A stretch of DNA of 64,000 nucleotides from an uncultured cyanobacterium. Its GTDB lineage: Bacteria; Cyanobacteriota; Cyanobacteriia; Pseudanabaenales; Pseudanabaenaceae. This document shows, in pieces, positions 60,819 to 64,000 of this stretch (positions are counted from its first letter, which is position 1; the number at the start of each line of letters is the position of its first letter). The stretch lies in the NCBI GenBank assembly GCA_963703315.1, contig OY969811.1, positions 1,184,001-1,248,000 of the forward strand, read 5' to 3'. The position numbers and the translations under genes are program-made. The notes below the pieces were generated by a model. That model ran no database searches and had not been told where the DNA came from. It saw only the letters and a list, made by a program, of their open reading frames with translations.

Positions 60819-61625
60819 ATGCAACAAAATACTTACAAAATCCTGAGTCAAACTCAACGCCAACGGGTGAGCGATGGCGCGATCGCCTCAATCTTTGATG
60901 GCTGTGAGTCCAATCAACGCAAATTAATTTTAGTCCTATCCCAATTAGGCGATTTTGATAGTCTCGAATATATTTGGTGGGTTCAAAGAGAAATTGAACG
61001 GATTCAATTGGAAGGAATTGCCGTAAGAGCAATTGGTATTGGCGATCGCCGATCAGGTCAATACTTTTGCAAATTTACAGGCTTTGATCAAAATTGGTTA
61101 TTTGTAGATCCGACAGGCGAACTCCATCGCCAATTAGATCTCTATTCTGGACTAACGACTAAGTTCCCCTTGCTATCATCAGGACAGAGTGCTTGGGTCA
61201 ATTTGATGCTGATGTGTGCAGGGGTTGCTAGCCAAGGCACATTAAAAGAAGTATTTCGAGGCTATCGTGGCGATCGCGATGCCCCCCAACTGATTGCCGA
61301 TGACGAAATCATCAAAGCAGCACCATTACCACCATTAAAAGGTTCTTTCTTTAAATGGGCTGGCGGCAGTGGCTTTCAGCGCCCCTTTGAACTTGCGACT
61401 CTACGACTGCGAAATATGGCAGAAGTTTTAGGAAATTGGAATGCCTATGTCCCAGATGCATCCTACATGACACAGCGTGGTGGTACTTTCCTCTTTGATG
61501 CTCAAGGGGAATTAATTTATGAACATCGCGATCGCGGCATTTTGGGTTTTGCCGCTAATCCTAGCTATCCATTGTCATTTTTGTTTGCCGAGCAGTCAGC
61601 TAAACAAACCCTAAACAATACCTAA
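60819..61625 (+). CDS. Peroxiredoxin-like (AhpC/TSA-like) protein
   Basis: QLGDFDSLEY, IGIG, QRPFELATLRLRNM, TQRGGTFLF. Confidence 0.8.
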   Translation: MQQNTYKILSQTQRQRVSDGAIASIFDGCESNQRKLILVLSQLGDFDSLEYIWWVQREIERIQLEGIAVRAIGIGDRRSGQYFCKFTGFDQNWLFVDPTGELHRQLDLYSGLTTKFPLLSSGQSAWVNLMLMCAGVASQGTLKEVFRGYRGDRDAPQLIADDEIIKAAPLPPLKGSFFKWAGGSGFQRPFELATLRLRNMAEVLGNWNAYVPDASYMTQRGGTFLFDAQGELIYEHRDRGILGFAANPSYPLSFLFAEQSAKQTLNNT

Positions 61626-62179
61626 GCCTTTTCTTCAAAGTCAGGAGCATAGGCTTGGAGGAGGTTGCTAAGCTGGGAAAGTACCGAATCTTTGTTAACT
61701 GATCCAAAAGCAGCGCGATCGGGGAAGAACTCAGGTCGATCAATATTGCGATCGATCGCTTCTTTGACTTGCTGAGCAATTAAGTGTTGGAGATCCGCAA
61801 GCGCTCTTTCCCTTTGATAATTTGCACCCTGCTCAGTAGTGGCATATAACGGTGGCAAACGATTAAGCGCGTAAGCCGCAATATCCCCCAAATCTAAAAC
61901 TTTATTGCTATTAGCTTCGATCTCAGCGACCCTTGCTACAGCTTCACTTAATACCAACTCTTCCATGACATTGATAAATTGCTTGCGGGGGACAGCAACT
62001 ACTTCCCCTGTAAGCAAAGCCCCCATGAGGCGATCAAGAGCCATGTACTCTTCAACGGATAGCTCAAAGGCGCTATCACAAATTCGCCCCACTTCGGATT
62101 CCATCGCGGGAGTGAGGTAGCCGTCTTGCAAAGCCTGTTCGACAATCGACTCAATGCTGGTTTTTTCTAGCTTTTCCAC
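61622..62179 (-). CDS. ComFB-domain protein (CdgR-like c-di-GMP receptor)
   Basis: ALQDGYLTP, NVMEELV, DIAAYALNRLPPLYATT. Confidence 0.85.
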   Translation of the reverse strand: MEKLEKTSIESIVEQALQDGYLTPAMESEVGRICDSAFELSVEEYMALDRLMGALLTGEVVAVPRKQFINVMEELVLSEAVARVAEIEANSNKVLDLGDIAAYALNRLPPLYATTEQGANYQRERALADLQHLIAQQVKEAIDRNIDRPEFFPDRAAFGSVNKDSVLSQLSNLLQAYAPDFEEKA

Positions 62180-62203
62180 AGTTATCTCTTTAATAACGCA
62201 ACA

Positions 62204-64000
62204 CTAAGGTACTTCAATAGGAATAATCGTATACTCAGGTAGAGACATCTGAAAATGCTCTTTTTGGCTGAGCAGGATCACTAATCTCGCCACAGACTGG
62301 GGTTTGACCGCCAAATCGCTCCAAGGTATAGCCATTTCTAAGCATTGCTCAAAACCTATTTTCGTATGAGTTGCGATGGTTTCCCACTGAAATTTTTCTG
62401 TAGATTCTTGAAGCTGAACTGACTTATCAGCAAAATCGATCGCTAGGTGATGGCGAAATAAATAATTTAGCGGCGATACATCAGGCATATCAAGAAGTTT
62501 TACAGGGCTGTTGGGGTGAATCCGACTCGGATAGAACCACAACAAATGTAATTTACTTTGGGCGATATTTTCTAGATTACTAAATTCTAAGCGCAAGTAG
62601 CAATAAAAATGATCATAACCATACCATAGACGCTTGACGGGTGCAGTTTGATGCATAGTTCCTCGCGCCCCACTAATTTCGATTTTGCCCGCACCTTGCC
62701 AATCATCATTTTCAAATCTGCCATTAATTAACGGCGCGATCATGCTAGTGGGGCGATCGCTAGTGGACACATCGTGGGGTTCGAGGGGGTAAAGCAAGGC
62801 ATGGGGGACTGGCTCATTGAGGGCGCGATAAATCACCTGTAAATGCTCTCGAAATAGGCGATCGAACATGGCATCGTCATTAGAGCTATGTCCCTCCCCA
62901 AACCACCAAAACCAATCGGAGCCTTCAGCAGCCATCAGACTTTCCCATGCTTCAGGGTTGTTTTCGGGCGTGGCTTCTGAGTGCATTGCTAAAATTTGTC
63001 TTGCTTCAGCGAGTAATTCCCATGCCCGATTTTTGACAGGATCGCCGATCCATGTCGTGAAGCTAGAGTCAATCCACGACCCACTATGTAATTGGTGGGG
63101 CGGGATTTTGTCAATGGGTGGGAATTTGGCTAAATATTCTGAGGGCGTAACTAATTTTAGGTTTTGATTATTAGATAAATTCGCGTAAAGCGTTTGTAAA
63201 AATGGGTTGCCATCTTGAGGATAAAACTCCCAACAATTTTCACCATCGAGGGCAATGGTGACTAGCCAAGGCTGACCTTCAGGGTGTTCGGCTAAATATT
63301 CATTTTGCTGTTTTTGAATTGTCATCAGCCGATCGCACAAATCATCACTAGCAGCTTGGGGTAAGAGTGCGCCATAACTAAAGCCAATCAAATCTGAAAG
63401 CAGGCGATCACGGAAAATAATTGCTAAATCACCATGCACAGTTTCAAGGCGATAGGGTTGATAGAGTAGGTGCGGTGCATTGATCGATCCCCGCTCATCA
63501 CGGCGGAAATAATGCCCCAGACTCCAGCCTAATACCCCTTCATCGGAGCATAACCACGAAAATCCCTGTTTAGAAACATGGGGCAAAATGGCAGGACTCA
63601 CAGACTGTTCTGAGGGCCATAAACCTTTGGGATCACAACTAAAATGCTGACGATAGACCTCTTTCGCCTTTTCTAAATGCAGGGTGATGTCTGGCTCATA
63701 GCGAAAGCGTTGATTAGGCAAATACATTTGCGGTACGGCAATGCGTCCTGCTTGCGTATCTGCCAAGAGCGGCATGATCGGATGCATATAAGGCGTTGTG
63801 GTAATTTCCAGTTGCCCATTTTTTTGCATTTGCCGATGTTGGGGCAGAATTCGAGAAATAATCTCACGCTGTTTGCTATAGATTCTTTGGCGATCGGCGA
63901 GGGTAAAATCTTTGCCGCGATCGTACCATTCGGCAAGTTCGGGATCGGTTTCCCTAAATAGGGGATCAATCCATGCCAAGTTATGCCATGCCAATAAATC
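62204..64000 (-). CDS. Glycoside hydrolase family 57, 5'-truncated by the window edge
   Basis: TPYMHPIMPLL, GLWPSEQSVS, IALDGENCWE, AEGSDWFWW. Confidence 0.92.
   Translation of the reverse strand, partial: DLLAWHNLAWIDPLFRETDPELAEWYDRGKDFTLADRQRIYSKQREIISRILPQHRQMQKNGQLEITTTPYMHPIMPLLADTQAGRIAVPQMYLPNQRFRYEPDITLHLEKAKEVYRQHFSCDPKGLWPSEQSVSPAILPHVSKQGFSWLCSDEGVLGWSLGHYFRRDERGSINAPHLLYQPYRLETVHGDLAIIFRDRLLSDLIGFSYGALLPQAASDDLCDRLMTIQKQQNEYLAEHPEGQPWLVTIALDGENCWEFYPQDGNPFLQTLYANLSNNQNLKLVTPSEYLAKFPPIDKIPPHQLHSGSWIDSSFTTWIGDPVKNRAWELLAEARQILAMHSEATPENNPEAWESLMAAEGSDWFWWFGEGHSSNDDAMFDRLFREHLQVIYRALNEPVPHALLYPLEPHDVSTSDRPTSMIAPLINGRFENDDWQGAGKIEISGARGTMHQTAPVKRLWYGYDHFYCYLRLEFSNLENIAQSKLHLLWFYPSRIHPNSPVKLLDMPDVSPLNYLFRHHLAIDFADKSVQLQESTEKFQWETIATHTKIGFEQCLEMAIPWSDLAVKPQSVARLVILLSQKEHFQMSLPEYTIIPIEVP

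Noticed and set aside
57250..62179. yajQ and ComFB/CdgR as a c-di-GMP cluster
   Set aside because: They are 4 kb apart with unrelated genes in both orientations between them; no sign of linkage.
1..64000. High GCGATCGC frequency as a novel repeat
   Set aside because: This is the well-known cyanobacterial HIP1. Its abundance also means some junction coincidences may be chance.

Overview
Chromosomal window from a cyanobacterium, shown by the very frequent HIP1 octamer GCGATCGC, a split dnaE, and psbP, ftsH3 and narM homologues. A Pseudanabaena-like lineage is my inference only. Most of it is housekeeping: mutS2, mrp, ftsH3, an Nrt/Cmp-type ABC transporter, moaB, dnaE-n, ispG, ruvB, dnaX, idi, leuA, yajQ, a ComFB/CdgR protein and a GH57. 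Four features stand out. (1) dnaE-n carries a cis LAGLIDADG intein plus the split-intein N-half. Directly downstream are two toxin/antitoxin-like pairs (a stand-alone colicin-E3-type RNase plus partner; DUF4160/DUF2442), separated by two extra copies of the dnaE-n intein 3' end whose junctions fall on HIP1-like sites. This looks like an integrase-free cassette array anchored on an essential gene end. (2) The 1.3-7.8 kb region holds an ATPase + TPR pair followed by stacked TA genes, with gene stubs between them (TPR-repeat remnants, a DUF6883-like tail, a CHAT-TPR-like head, a duplicated promoter). (3) A Septu/PtuAB-like pair whose ATPase is fused to a second P-loop ATPase (paralogous to the one at 6.2-7.6 kb) and has an EAD1-like domain inserted. 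(4) A truncated, diverged but intact copy of the ftsH3 5' region. Intergenic DNA is full of TA-bounded MITE-like elements and hairpins with a shared GC-NNN-GC apex. No rRNA, tRNA, CRISPR array, integrase, transposase or reverse transcriptase was recognised. All family assignments come from motif recognition by eye, not database searches.
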